DNA of 64,000 bases from Bacteriovoracia bacterium (lineage in GTDB: Bacteria > Bdellovibrionota > UBA1018 > CAIPTA01). Positions 48,900 to 58,747 of the stretch are shown one piece after another. The stretch covers positions 198,512 to 262,511 of the forward strand of contig JBFWVL010000004.1 of the NCBI GenBank assembly GCA_050246755.1. Reading direction: 5' to 3'. Below the pieces are notes generated by a model. The model searched no databases. It saw only the letters and a list, made by a program, of their open reading frames with translations, and was not told where the DNA came from. The first letter of the stretch is position 1; every line of letters begins with the position of its first letter. The position numbers and the translations under genes were made by a program.

Positions 48900-50282
48900 A
48901 TGAACAAGATGGTTGGCCACTTATTTGAAGATAAACTGCGTGTCGCTATTCAACGCTTTCGGGCGCTAATGAACCTTCGTGCAGATACGGATGAAGAAGG
49001 TACCATCGAAAGTGTTCGTTTGAACGTAGATTTTCGTAGCGCGAATGCATGGACGCTCGCCTTTGCCATCATGATCGCATCTATCGGCCTAAACACTAAT
49101 TCGGCTGCGGTCATTATCGGAGCCATGCTTATTTCTCCGCTCATGGGGCCAATTATCGGAGCTGGCGTAGGCCTTGGGATTAATGATCTGCCTTTGGTTA
49201 AGCGCGCCTTAAGTAATCTTGGTTACGCCGTTGGCATCAGTATTCTTGTGTCTTTGGTTTACTTTTCTGTTTCTCCTCTTTCGGAGGCGCAGTCCGAACT
49301 ATTAGCTAGAACTCGGCCCACGTTTTTCGATGCGATGATTGCTATTTTTGGTGGCGCGGCGGGAATCGTTGCTTTATCCAGGAAAGAAAAGGGCAATGCG
49401 ATTCCCGGCGTGGCGATCGCTACTGCTTTAATGCCTCCACTTTGCACTGCTGGCTATGCGCTTTCTAAGGGAAATTTTCCCTTCTTCTTCGGCGCCATGT
49501 ATCTTTTTGTTATAAATTCTGTTTATATTTGCCTTTCTACCTTGGTCTTTATCAAATATTTAGGATTCAAGAAGGTGGCGATGCCAGATCCTGCGGATCG
49601 CCAGCGGCTAAGGCGCTGGGTAATTGCCACGGCTCTTCTAGTGCTTTTTCCCAGCCTGGTGTCTGCATGGTTTTTGCTGCGCGAAAGCGCATTTCGCTCG
49701 AGAGCTAATTCCTTCGTAAAGCATGAGCTGCAAATTGAGGGTGCGTTCGTTGTTGGCTCTGAAATTGATTATAATTGGCGAAATCCCAAGCTAATCGTGA
49801 GCGTGATTGGTGAGCCTATTTCCCAGGAAAATATGGATGAGCTTCGCTTGAAAATGACAAAAAATCTTTTGCCCAGAGATGCATTGGAAATTCATCAATC
49901 TTCACTTGCGGAAAGAATTGAGCAGAAAATCAAGAGCGGCTTGGCGCAAGAGCACAAGGAATCAGAAGCTTCTGATCTGCGGTTAGCTTCGCTTGAATAT
50001 CAGCTGGGCCACTTTAAGAGGGCGCAGGGTTTGTCGAATGACATAACCTTAGAGCTTCACCCCCTGTTTCCCAAGCTTCGAAAGATATTGGTTATTGCAC
50101 AAAATGTAAGTTCCAGCGAAGAGCCTCAGCTCGCGCCGTCTGCTATTCATGTGCAATGGGGTGGGCGCCCCTCGAAGCCGGAAATCGCGAAAGTGAATGG
50201 CTTTCTGCAAAGCCGAATGAAGGAGCCGGGGCTTTCGATTTCTCACCTGGTTTATATTGGCTCTCCTCCCGCAACAGAGTAA
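48900..50282 (+). CDS. DUF389 / TIGR00341 family membrane protein
   Basis: IASIGLN.NSAAVIIGAMLISPLMGPI, ELLART.PT, IPGVAIATALMPPLCTAG. Confidence 0.92.
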   Translation: MNKMVGHLFEDKLRVAIQRFRALMNLRADTDEEGTIESVRLNVDFRSANAWTLAFAIMIASIGLNTNSAAVIIGAMLISPLMGPIIGAGVGLGINDLPLVKRALSNLGYAVGISILVSLVYFSVSPLSEAQSELLARTRPTFFDAMIAIFGGAAGIVALSRKEKGNAIPGVAIATALMPPLCTAGYALSKGNFPFFFGAMYLFVINSVYICLSTLVFIKYLGFKKVAMPDPADRQRLRRWVIATALLVLFPSLVSAWFLLRESAFRSRANSFVKHELQIEGAFVVGSEIDYNWRNPKLIVSVIGEPISQENMDELRLKMTKNLLPRDALEIHQSSLAERIEQKIKSGLAQEHKESEASDLRLASLEYQLGHFKRAQGLSNDITLELHPLFPKLRKILVIAQNVSSSEEPQLAPSAIHVQWGGRPSKPEIAKVNGFLQSRMKEPGLSISHLVYIGSPPATE

Positions 50283-50326
50283 GATTATTGTTCGCAACGT
50301 ACTTCGCCTCGGGGTACAATTTCGGC

Positions 50327-52564
50327 ATGAACAAAATATGCCTATTGCTAGTTTCTGTTTATGCCCTTTCCCTCTCGGCCAATGCCCGCGCCGAAGAAGC
50401 CGATGGCGAATGTAAATTTAACGCTGAGGGTCAGGTGATTTGCCAAGAGGGCAATATCTGGAAAATCCAGCGGAATACTTCCGGCGAAGTTCTATCCAGA
50501 GAAAATGTTCCCTCCGATTTAGCGGATTGTTTGGCGAAAACGGAGAACACGATTCAGCTAGAGGCAAGTAAGCTGAAACGGGTACTCGAGTCTAAAATTG
50601 CCCCCCCTTCCAATCCCGTAAAAGAAGCGCGAAATAACGTGGTTAATTTAGTGAATTGGCGCTTCAAACTGGACCCAAAAGATACTGGATTAGTAGCGGG
50701 ATGGGCCTCTCCCGATTTCAACGACTCGAAGTGGCCCGTTCTTACCGCGAAAAAAACCTGGCAAGAGCAAGGTGTCAAAAATGATACCGCTTCCGCGGGC
50801 TGGTATCGTTACACGCAGGAAATTCCGGAAAGTTGGAATGACTCGAAGGTCCTTGTTCAGTCCATGGGCGTCTACGATGAATACGACCTCTATGTGAATG
50901 GCAAGCTCGTGAAACATTTTGGCAATGGTAACCAAACGCTAACCTGGGATCCAACGGAAGCGGATATCGCCAAATATTTAAAATTCGGCCAAAAAAATGT
51001 GATCGCGATCAAAGTGAAGAGCCACGGCAAAAAAGGCGGAATTTATCGCCGGATTCAATTGCGCCGCGTGCCTCCGTTTGAATCGTTTAAGAAAATGCTT
51101 CCCGCCCCCACGCTCGATGCGCGGCCCGAGCTGGTAAATCTTTACTGGCAATCGTGGCGCATGGCTTTCAAAAATCTTTCTTTCGGAACCAAAGAAAATA
51201 ATTTCGTTCCAGCCTATATGGAAGAGGGCTACAACGAGCAAATTTACCAATGGGACAGCATCTTCATGAGTATGTATGGCCGTTACGGAGGGAAAAATTT
51301 TCCCGCCATGCAAACTCTGGATAATTTCTACGCTAAACAAGATCCAGACGGGTATATCGCGCGCATTTATTCGAAAACCGACGGCAAGAAACTCGTAAAG
51401 CCCGTGGACAACGATTTCACGGTCACGAATCCTCCCCTCTTTGCCTGGTCGGAATGGGACTACTACCGCATGACGGGCGACGATAGCCGCCTGGCGCGGG
51501 TGCTGCCCATTCTGGAAAAGTACGACGCTTGGATTAAGAAAAAGCAGTCGAGTAAATCGGTGAAAGGCATGTACTGGCAAACTGGCTACGATAGCGGAAT
51601 GGATAATATGCCGAGGCCGAATGCCGAGCTTGCTGGCTGGGTGGATATGTCGCTCCAACAAGCCCTGGCCGCTAAGTACCTGGCGCTTATGGCGGAAAAA
51701 GTAGGCGATAAAAAGAAGCAAAAATACTGGTTGGCCGAATTTAAGGAAAGATCCGAGGCCGTGAATCGCCTAGCCTGGAACGAAAAGGATGGCTTCTACT
51801 ACGACGTGGACAAAGACGGAAAACAGACCGGCGTGAAGCATATCGGTGCCATGTGGGCCATGCTCTCCGGAGTGGCGAGCCCGGAACGGGCGGAGAAACT
51901 GCAGGAGCATCTGAGAAATCCCGATGAGTTTTACCGCAAACATTTATTTCCGGCGTTGTCGGCGTCGGATCCTGGCTATACGAAAGAAGCCACCTACTGG
52001 CGCGGGGGCGTTTGGGCCCCTACGAACTACATGACCATTAAGGGATTGAAAAAATTCGGCAACGACGAATTCGCGCACGAAGCGGCTTTGAATCATCTCA
52101 CGAGCATGGAGAAAGTATATTCCTCGAAGATAGACACGGACCACGTGGATCCCAACGAGGCGAGCGACGATTATAAGACGATCTGGGAATGCTACCACCC
52201 CGACCAATTCACGCCTTGCACCCGGATCGACAAAAAATACGGACGCCAAGATTTCGCCGGCTGGACCGCCCTCGGCCCCATCGCGCTTTTTATCCAGGAA
52301 GGCGTTGGCCTGGATATCGTGGGCGCGGAAAATCAGGTGAACTGGGATTTACGGGAGCCCGGCCGGGTTGGGCTCGCCAACATGGAGCTGAGGCAGGATA
52401 ATATTTTCTCCGTAATGGCCTCGCCGGAAGAAAATGGCGCTAGATCCATTTCAGTTTCGGCGCAAAAGCCCTTTACCCTTTCGGTAAAGGTGGGCGAAAA
52501 AATTCACAAGTATGCGGTAAAGGCCGGCAGCTCCACTATTTCGGTGCCGGTGGGGGCAAAGTAG
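50327..52564 (+). CDS. Secreted glycoside hydrolase: GH2-type sugar-binding domain plus (alpha/alpha)6 GH63/MGH1-like catalytic domain
   Basis: Signal peptide from ATG 50327; W.F..D..D.G, GWYR, LYVNG; YQWDS, NPPLF, SGMDN.PR, YWRG.VW, IWECY. Confidence 0.82.
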   Translation: MNKICLLLVSVYALSLSANARAEEADGECKFNAEGQVICQEGNIWKIQRNTSGEVLSRENVPSDLADCLAKTENTIQLEASKLKRVLESKIAPPSNPVKEARNNVVNLVNWRFKLDPKDTGLVAGWASPDFNDSKWPVLTAKKTWQEQGVKNDTASAGWYRYTQEIPESWNDSKVLVQSMGVYDEYDLYVNGKLVKHFGNGNQTLTWDPTEADIAKYLKFGQKNVIAIKVKSHGKKGGIYRRIQLRRVPPFESFKKMLPAPTLDARPELVNLYWQSWRMAFKNLSFGTKENNFVPAYMEEGYNEQIYQWDSIFMSMYGRYGGKNFPAMQTLDNFYAKQDPDGYIARIYSKTDGKKLVKPVDNDFTVTNPPLFAWSEWDYYRMTGDDSRLARVLPILEKYDAWIKKKQSSKSVKGMYWQTGYDSGMDNMPRPNAELAGWVDMSLQQALAAKYLALMAEKVGDKKKQKYWLAEFKERSEAVNRLAWNEKDGFYYDVDKDGKQTGVKHIGAMWAMLSGVASPERAEKLQEHLRNPDEFYRKHLFPALSASDPGYTKEATYWRGGVWAPTNYMTIKGLKKFGNDEFAHEAALNHLTSMEKVYSSKIDTDHVDPNEASDDYKTIWECYHPDQFTPCTRIDKKYGRQDFAGWTALGPIALFIQEGVGLDIVGAENQVNWDLREPGRVGLANMELRQDNIFSVMASPEENGARSISVSAQKPFTLSVKVGEKIHKYAVKAGSSTISVPVGAK

Positions 52565-52565
52565 T

Positions 52566-53000
52566 TTAGTGGCCCCATCTCCGAAAAAAACGGGGGTACG
52601 CGTGAAATATTTTCCCGATCTTCGCCCCGAATTTCTTTTGGGCGGCCAGAAGGAGAATCTCGCGGTGGCAGCGTTCCCCCACTTCGCACTGGCAAACCAA
52701 GAACACGTCGCATTTCTCGCTGCGGGCCGCGAGCGCCTTTAATTCTTCTTCCGCACGCGCCGAAATCTCGAAACGATCTTCGTAGTTGGATTTGGTGAAG
52801 GCCTCGTGGTGCCCTACCTCTTGTTTAGCGGCGTGCCAGTCGGCGAGCAGTTCTTTCGAGGGCGCGAGCCGGCTATTGTACTCGTCCATCAGTGTTTTCT
52901 TTATGCCACGCGGGTAGCGGCACATGGAAACCACGATATAGGAAGAGGCGCGTTCAATGGAGCCGGTGCAGATGTCGGCGATAGAAGCTTGGTGCATCAT
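52566..53000 (-). CDS. DUF488 family protein
   Basis: RYPRGIKK..D....LAPS.ELL, LVC.C....CHR.IL. Confidence 0.8.
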   Translation of the reverse strand: MMHQASIADICTGSIERASSYIVVSMCRYPRGIKKTLMDEYNSRLAPSKELLADWHAAKQEVGHHEAFTKSNYEDRFEISARAEEELKALAARSEKCDVFLVCQCEVGERCHREILLLAAQKKFGAKIGKIFHAYPRFFRRWGH

Positions 53001-53143
53001 AAGGCCCAAAAGTATACCACAAGCCCTATGGTCCCCTGTTCACGGCATTTTCCCTTTTCGTCGGATATTACCGGGGGCAAATTTGTACCTTGTTTTCCTG
53101 AGTGCTAAGCTTCAATTTGTTTGAAACGTAGAAAGGCTAAAAA

Positions 53144-53566
53144 ATGATTTATGACTGGCGTACGTATGCGGTGGGATCAGCGGTATTTGCCGCGCTAACC
53201 GCTGTTCTCGGAAAAGTGGCGGTTTCTTCGATTAACTCTAATTTGGCCACCTTCATTCGCACGATCGTGATTTTAGTTTTCACCGCTGGAATTTTGTTCT
53301 GGCGCGGTCAGTGGAAAGACCTCCCTTCCATTTCCACCCGAACCTTTATGTTTCTGGTTTTGTCTGGGCTCGCCACGGGAATTTCTTGGCTGTGTTACTA
53401 TCGTGCGCTCCAGTTGGGCCCAGTTTCTAAGGTTGCGCCGGTGGATAAGCTGGGCGTGGCCCTAGCGATTCTGATGGGTATTTTTATTTTGGGAGAGAAG
53501 GCAGACGTAAAAACTCTGATTGGGGGGGCATTAGTGGTGGTTGGTGCGGTACTTTTAGCTAGCTAA
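53144..53566 (+). CDS. Single-domain EamA family transporter
   Basis: SAVFAALTA.LGK, SNLATFIRT, LSGLATG.SWLCYYRALQLG.VSKVAPVDK. Confidence 0.92.
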   Translation: MIYDWRTYAVGSAVFAALTAVLGKVAVSSINSNLATFIRTIVILVFTAGILFWRGQWKDLPSISTRTFMFLVLSGLATGISWLCYYRALQLGPVSKVAPVDKLGVALAILMGIFILGEKADVKTLIGGALVVVGAVLLAS

Positions 53567-53583
53567 AATAGAGGGCTTTGGCG

Positions 53584-55005
53584 TTAAACGGCGCTTTGGC
53601 TAGACGCGGAGGGAAGACTGACTGAAAAAATAGATCCCTGGCCTAGCTCGCTTTCCACCGCCACGGAGCCACCATGTGCCTTAACCACGGCCTGCACCAC
53701 GCTCAAGCCGAGGCCGAGCCCCGCGCGTGACCGGCTCTTGTCTCCACGATAGAGACGGTCCCAGATGCGTTCCAAATCTTTTTTATCTACTCCCACACCG
53801 GTATCCCGGAATGAAATGACCACCATTTTGTCGCTTTGCCGAGCAGAAATTTCAATACTGCCGCCCTCGTCGGTATACTTAATGGCGTTGTCTAAAAGAT
53901 TGGAGAGAACACGCTTTAAGTATCCGCGGTCGGCCTTTACTATCAATGGTTCCAGGCAGCTTACTTTTATGGCAATGCGCTTGTCTTCCGCGGTCATTTC
54001 GTAAAGATCTAACACCTCCACTATAACCTCATTCACCGGAACGGATTTTAGCGCGAGCCGTATGGCTCCGGCGTCGGCCTCGGTGATCTCCATGAGCGTA
54101 TTGATCAGCGTAAGAATCTCTTCCGAGCATTCTAGGCCCTCGCTCAACGCTTCTTTATAAAATTCGGGCGTTTGGTCTTTGCGGAGTGCGATTTCGGCGA
54201 TACTGCGAAAGCGAGTCATCGGGGTGCGGAGATCGTGAGCCACGTTGTCCTGAGTTTCCTTCATGGCCTGGAGAAGCGCCTGAATTTTGTCGAGCATGGC
54301 GTTGAACAGAGAGGAGAGCATTTCGAGCTCATCTCCCGAATGGGCGGTGGTTACCCTGGCCGTGAGATTGCCTTTCTGGATGCGCTGAATAGTGGATACC
54401 AGCGCCCTCACCGGGGCCAGTACCCCGTTTGAAAGCAGAATTCCGGAAACCCCGGCGATGCCAATGGTGATGACTAAGGCGATGAGAAAAATATCACGGA
54501 GGCTTTCCAGAAGGTCTTCGCGGCTGTCAGCACTTTTCCCTACTTGGAGAAAGGTTCCATCGCCGGTGGCCACCGTAAGAATTTCCAGCTTGTCGTCGTC
54601 GATGTCCGCTAGAATAAACTGCCATTGCCCGCCGTGAGGCTTCTTCTCGAGGGTCTTTTCCACTTCGGCCACATCGAATCTTTCATGATTTACCGGCGCG
54701 TGGTAAAAAAGCGATGCTCCCTCTTCATTCACGAGGCGCACTAAGAAGTGGGAGCTCTCCTCGCGAGTCCGGATATCGGTGACCATTTTTTTTAAGCCGT
54801 TAATCCCGTCTTTTTGATAGAGCGCGCTATACTCTCTGGCCTTCGATTCGATCAGTTCGTGGTCGGTTTTTTCCAGGCTGTGGGAGAACATTCCGTATAC
54901 CAAAAAAAATACTACTCCCGAGCTGAGAATGAAAAGGAGGCAAAATCCGGAAAATAAGCGAAAGCTTAATTTTTTGCTGAGCCGCTTAAGCGGGCTTAAA
55001 AACAT
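53584..55005 (-). CDS. HAMP-domain sensor histidine kinase (CusS/CzcS-like)
   Basis: Two TM segments, HAMP GDEL, H-box NVAHDLRTP, NLLDNAIKY, DTGVG, GLGLGLS. Confidence 0.93.
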   Translation of the reverse strand: MFLSPLKRLSKKLSFRLFSGFCLLFILSSGVVFFLVYGMFSHSLEKTDHELIESKAREYSALYQKDGINGLKKMVTDIRTREESSHFLVRLVNEEGASLFYHAPVNHERFDVAEVEKTLEKKPHGGQWQFILADIDDDKLEILTVATGDGTFLQVGKSADSREDLLESLRDIFLIALVITIGIAGVSGILLSNGVLAPVRALVSTIQRIQKGNLTARVTTAHSGDELEMLSSLFNAMLDKIQALLQAMKETQDNVAHDLRTPMTRFRSIAEIALRKDQTPEFYKEALSEGLECSEEILTLINTLMEITEADAGAIRLALKSVPVNEVIVEVLDLYEMTAEDKRIAIKVSCLEPLIVKADRGYLKRVLSNLLDNAIKYTDEGGSIEISARQSDKMVVISFRDTGVGVDKKDLERIWDRLYRGDKSRSRAGLGLGLSVVQAVVKAHGGSVAVESELGQGSIFSVSLPSASSQSAV

Positions 55006-55660
55006 AACCCACCCCACGTATGGTCAAAATCGTCTTTTCACTAAAATCGCGGTCTAGCTTATTTCTAAGGCGGCAAACTAATACGTCTACCACATTGGTT
55101 TGTGGGTCGAAGTTGTAGCCCCAAATTTTCTCCAGAATTTGCGCCTTAGAAAGCACCCGGTCGGGATTCCGCAAGAAATATTCGAGGAGAGAAAATTCCT
55201 TGGCCTGCAGCTCGATTTTTTTTCCATACCGAAAAACTTCACGGCTTACGAAATCAATGCTTACCCCACCCTGTTTTAAGCGGTTGGTTTCGGCTGGCGC
55301 GGGTGCGCGCCTCAGGAGTGCCTGGCATCTGGCCAGCAACTCGCCGAACGCGAAGGGCTTAACGAGATAGTCATCCCCTCCCGCACGTAGGCCCGCGATG
55401 CGGTCATCTACGCTTACTTTGGCGCTGAGAATTAGTACTTTCGAAGTGTTGCCATCTGAGCGAATTTTATTTAGTAACGAGAGGCCATCCAGCTTCGGCA
55501 ACATCATGTCTAAGATGAGAAGATCGTAGCTGCCGTGCGTGGCCTTCTCGTGGCCGTCTTCTCCGTCGTGGGCTATATCTACTAGGTAGCCCGCTTCCAT
55601 AAGGCCCTTAAGCAGGTATCCCGCGATCTTTTTGTCGTCTTCCACTACGAGGAGCTTCAT
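54986..55660 (-). CDS. OmpR-family response regulator (CusR/CzcR heavy-metal subfamily-like)
   Basis: VVEDD, LD.MLP..DG, DDYLVKPF, IWGYNFDPQTNVVDV..RLR.K, RGVGY; start at ATG 55660. Confidence 0.93.
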   Translation of the reverse strand: MKLLVVEDDKKIAGYLLKGLMEAGYLVDIAHDGEDGHEKATHGSYDLLILDMMLPKLDGLSLLNKIRSDGNTSKVLILSAKVSVDDRIAGLRAGGDDYLVKPFAFGELLARCQALLRRAPAPAETNRLKQGGVSIDFVSREVFRYGKKIELQAKEFSLLEYFLRNPDRVLSKAQILEKIWGYNFDPQTNVVDVLVCRLRNKLDRDFSEKTILTIRGVGYVFKPA

Positions 55661-55713
55661 GGACTCAAGGAATACCATGATTTAGCGCTAAGCCGAAGCC
55701 CACGCTTATCTGA

Positions 55714-56478
55714 CTATTTTCTTGCGTAGCTAAGAGAGCCAGGAGACGGGCAAAGCGTGGCCTTCTCTTCGGGAGAGAGAGTCCGGGCCGGATTCGGCAC
55801 GAAGGCCCGGATTTTATTCCGTATGCCGCTGTAAGAGGCGCCGTTATTTCCGTCGGTATTCGCATTCCAGTACTGCACGGCTTGTTCGGCCGTAAAATCG
55901 CAGAATTGGCGTAACGCCGTGGCGGCGGCATAGCCCGAAGAGTGCCAGCCATTCCAGCAGTGAGCGTATATCGGTCCCAGGCGCGGAGACCTAATGTGTT
56001 CGTAAATTAATCCGTGGAGGCGCTCTAGATCCGCGATATTAAAATTCAGAGGGCTAATCTGGAGATACTCGAGGGTATTCTCATTTCCTTCGAAGGTTCT
56101 GCACTTGGTGATTTTGGGTGCCGAGCTATACCGCTCGGTGTAGAGATAAACCGCTTGGGTAAAACCTTCTTGGCAAAGGTTGGTCAGCCCTTCATTGGGC
56201 AGCGGATTCATATTCGAGCGCCTCTGGTGTTTATTATAAACGTTATTGGCGCCGCCCCGGTAGTAGACGCCATTGAGAACGGCGCGGAAGTTTCTTGTCC
56301 CGTATAGATCGTCATGCCCGTTTCCATGATTATCCACGAGCTTAGCGGAGGCCGTGGGCAGAGCGTAGCGCTGGCGATAGTCCCCGCCTACTACCGTTGC
56401 TTCATGGCTAAAGGAAATAGCGGGCGCCGCTAGTTGAGCAAAAAACAAGGCAATAGAAAGAAATAGAATGCGAATCAT
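55714..56478 (-). CDS. Exported dual-specificity/tyrosine phosphatase-fold protein lacking the CX5R arginine
   Basis: Signal peptide; RNFRAV..G.YYRGG; PIYAHCWNGWHSSG. Confidence 0.68.
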   Translation of the reverse strand: MIRILFLSIALFFAQLAAPAISFSHEATVVGGDYRQRYALPTASAKLVDNHGNGHDDLYGTRNFRAVLNGVYYRGGANNVYNKHQRRSNMNPLPNEGLTNLCQEGFTQAVYLYTERYSSAPKITKCRTFEGNENTLEYLQISPLNFNIADLERLHGLIYEHIRSPRLGPIYAHCWNGWHSSGYAAATALRQFCDFTAEQAVQYWNANTDGNNGASYSGIRNKIRAFVPNPARTLSPEEKATLCPSPGSLSYARK

Positions 56479-56552
56479 GTTGGCTGCCTCTCTAGATGAT
56501 AGGTGCGATTAGGTAACTATTATTTGTACCATTCGCACGCGGGCAGATTTTA

Positions 56553-56568
56553 ATTACAGTTTTGAAAT
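56553..56568. promoter_or_regulatory. cop-box-like palindrome ATTACA-GTTT-TGAAAT
   Basis: 15/16 identical to the copy at 58672-58687; 75 nt upstream of the 55714-56478 gene. Confidence 0.6.
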
Positions 56569-56589
56569 ATTTTACCGGTTAGAGCGTTT

Positions 56590-58584
56590 TTAGAACGCGC
56601 GCATATTCTTCACGGTGCTGTAGCGCCGGCTTTCCTTCAAGAGCTTCTCTTGGTACCAGGTGCTGGCCGTTTCATAGAACGCGATCGTGACGGCAACGTC
56701 TTCATCCGCGGCGGAGTATTTTTTTTCTTCCAGCCGGAATAAATTCTGGGCAATTTCATTTTTCATCTTTTTGATATCGATGCGGAAGTTCGGCGAGAGC
56801 AAAACCAGCTTGTCGTGCCGCCATAACCCCACCGTTTGGTACGTTCCCAGGAAAGCGCGTTCGGTTTTTGCCCGGCTCAGATCATGCCCAAAGAACTTGC
56901 TCTGGTAGGAAAAATTCAGTAGCCCCAATAGCGTGGGCGCAATATCGATTTGGCTCGATAGAATAGAGTTTTTTTCCGGAGAAATATTTCCTGGAGAATA
57001 AAAAATTGCCGGGATCCGATAGTCGGCGGGAAGAACTTTCGTTCCGCCGGCCACGCTGGCATTGTGATCGGCTACAAAGACATATACGGTATTTTTGAAC
57101 CAAGGCTTCTGCGCCGATTCGGCCACAAACTCACCGATGGAAAAATCAGAGTATTTTACCGCGCCATCGCGGCCGGTCCCAGGCTGAAGATCGATCTTGT
57201 TTTTGGGGAAAGTATATGGACGATGATTCGAGGTGGTTAAAATAAGCTGAAAAAAGGGCCTACCATGCTGATAATTTTCAGATTGCAGTTTGAGCGCGTG
57301 CCGGAATAAATCTTCATCCGCCACTCCCCAGGCATTGGAAAATGTTCTATCGGAAGGCAGGATATTTTCTTCGTCGGATACGTCAAATTTATTGCTCCGG
57401 AAGAACGTCTTCATGTTGTCGAAATAGGAGCGGCCACCGTACACGAACTCCGTGCGATACCCTTTTTCGCGAAATACGGTGCCGATCGAAAAGAGCTCAC
57501 CGGCGTCAGGCCTCCGTACGATGGATTGGCCGGGAGTTGGCGGCATTGACAGCACTACCGCCTCGATGCCCCTAACCGTTCTCGTTCCGGTTGCGTAAAG
57601 GCGATCGAAGAACAGGCCCTTTTGCGCTAGGTTATCCAGATTGGGAGTAATGGCTTTATCCGAGCCATAGGCTTTCATGAAGCGGGCGCTCATGCTCTCC
57701 ATCAGCACTAGCACGACGTTTAATTTTTTTTCCTGCTTGGTCGACACTATGTTCCGAGCGATGGATTCTTTGTCTTCATTGGCGGGCGAGTTCCCTCGCT
57801 GTAGGTCCGGGTAGTCCTGCTCCATTGCCTCGTACACGAGATGCTCGGATGCGGTTGTCCCATTGGATGAATAGAAATGACCGTAGTCGATTTCGTTATT
57901 CTGATAGGCGGCGAAGAGAGCGTGGATTCCATTTTTTGATGTCTCTGCTTCGACGGAAGCCAAATTTTTCAATAGTGAATTTTCGTTTAGGGCAAACAGC
58001 GAAAAGCCGGAAAAAGCGCAAATCAGGATAGCCAAAGCGCAGCGATGCGCCCATGAGCGGTATGCTCTGGCACGAGAGAATTTAAAAAATAACCATCTTA
58101 CGGAGAAGGCGGAAATGCCGAAAATTGCGGGCGCTATCAACCACACTGGATAGGATTCCCATATGTTTTTTAGGACCTCGTTCGTATAGACGAGGTAATC
58201 CACCGCAATGAAATTAAAGCGGGAATGGAATTCTTCCGCAAAAAACCACTCCGAGGCTCCCGTAAAAATGAGGAGCGTGAACTCGGCGAGAAATAGGGAA
58301 AATAGCAGGAGTTGCGTTGGGAATGATTCCCAGAGTCTGCGTGGGAGGAGAAAAATAGGCGTAAACGGCAGCAAGAAATAGGATCCGACCGCGAGATCAA
58401 ATAGCAACCCTCTTAAAAAGGAGGCGCAGAGCTGAAGGAATGTAATGGTCTCGTCGGAAGCGGCGAGAAAGATGGTTCTGCCGAGAAAGCCGAAATATAG
58501 CGAAGTGGCTAAAATTAGAATGGAGAGCGATAGAGCGCTGATTGTAGCGTTAGGTTGGCCTAACCGCGCAAATTTGTTTTTCAT
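56590..58584 (-). CDS. LTA synthase (LtaS/OpgB-like) family membrane sulfatase/phosphotransferase
   Basis: About 5 TM segments, EEF.SRFNFIAVDYLVYT.EV, NVVLVLMES, ATGTRTVRG (catalytic Thr), TTSNHRPY, VADH. Confidence 0.92.
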   Translation of the reverse strand: MKNKFARLGQPNATISALSLSILILATSLYFGFLGRTIFLAASDETITFLQLCASFLRGLLFDLAVGSYFLLPFTPIFLLPRRLWESFPTQLLLFSLFLAEFTLLIFTGASEWFFAEEFHSRFNFIAVDYLVYTNEVLKNIWESYPVWLIAPAIFGISAFSVRWLFFKFSRARAYRSWAHRCALAILICAFSGFSLFALNENSLLKNLASVEAETSKNGIHALFAAYQNNEIDYGHFYSSNGTTASEHLVYEAMEQDYPDLQRGNSPANEDKESIARNIVSTKQEKKLNVVLVLMESMSARFMKAYGSDKAITPNLDNLAQKGLFFDRLYATGTRTVRGIEAVVLSMPPTPGQSIVRRPDAGELFSIGTVFREKGYRTEFVYGGRSYFDNMKTFFRSNKFDVSDEENILPSDRTFSNAWGVADEDLFRHALKLQSENYQHGRPFFQLILTTSNHRPYTFPKNKIDLQPGTGRDGAVKYSDFSIGEFVAESAQKPWFKNTVYVFVADHNASVAGGTKVLPADYRIPAIFYSPGNISPEKNSILSSQIDIAPTLLGLLNFSYQSKFFGHDLSRAKTERAFLGTYQTVGLWRHDKLVLLSPNFRIDIKKMKNEIAQNLFRLEEKKYSAADEDVAVTIAFYETASTWYQEKLLKESRRYSTVKNMRAF

Positions 58585-58671
58585 AAAGCCTTAAACTCTA
58601 GGCAATTAAAGGTTTTTTGAGCCGCTGGAAAGACTATGAGCTTTTGGACTGAATCAGGCAATGGAATGGCC

Positions 58672-58687
58672 ATTACAGTTTTGTAAT
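58672..58687. promoter_or_regulatory. cop-box-like perfect palindrome ATTACA-GTTT-TGTAAT
   Basis: In the divergent intergenic region between the LTA synthase and phosphatase genes; near the CusR-like regulator. Confidence 0.68.
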
Positions 58688-58747
58688 TAAACTCTCAGTG
58701 AAAAATGCCTCTAAATCAGGTATAGGCTAGTTTGTTCAGAGGGCCCT

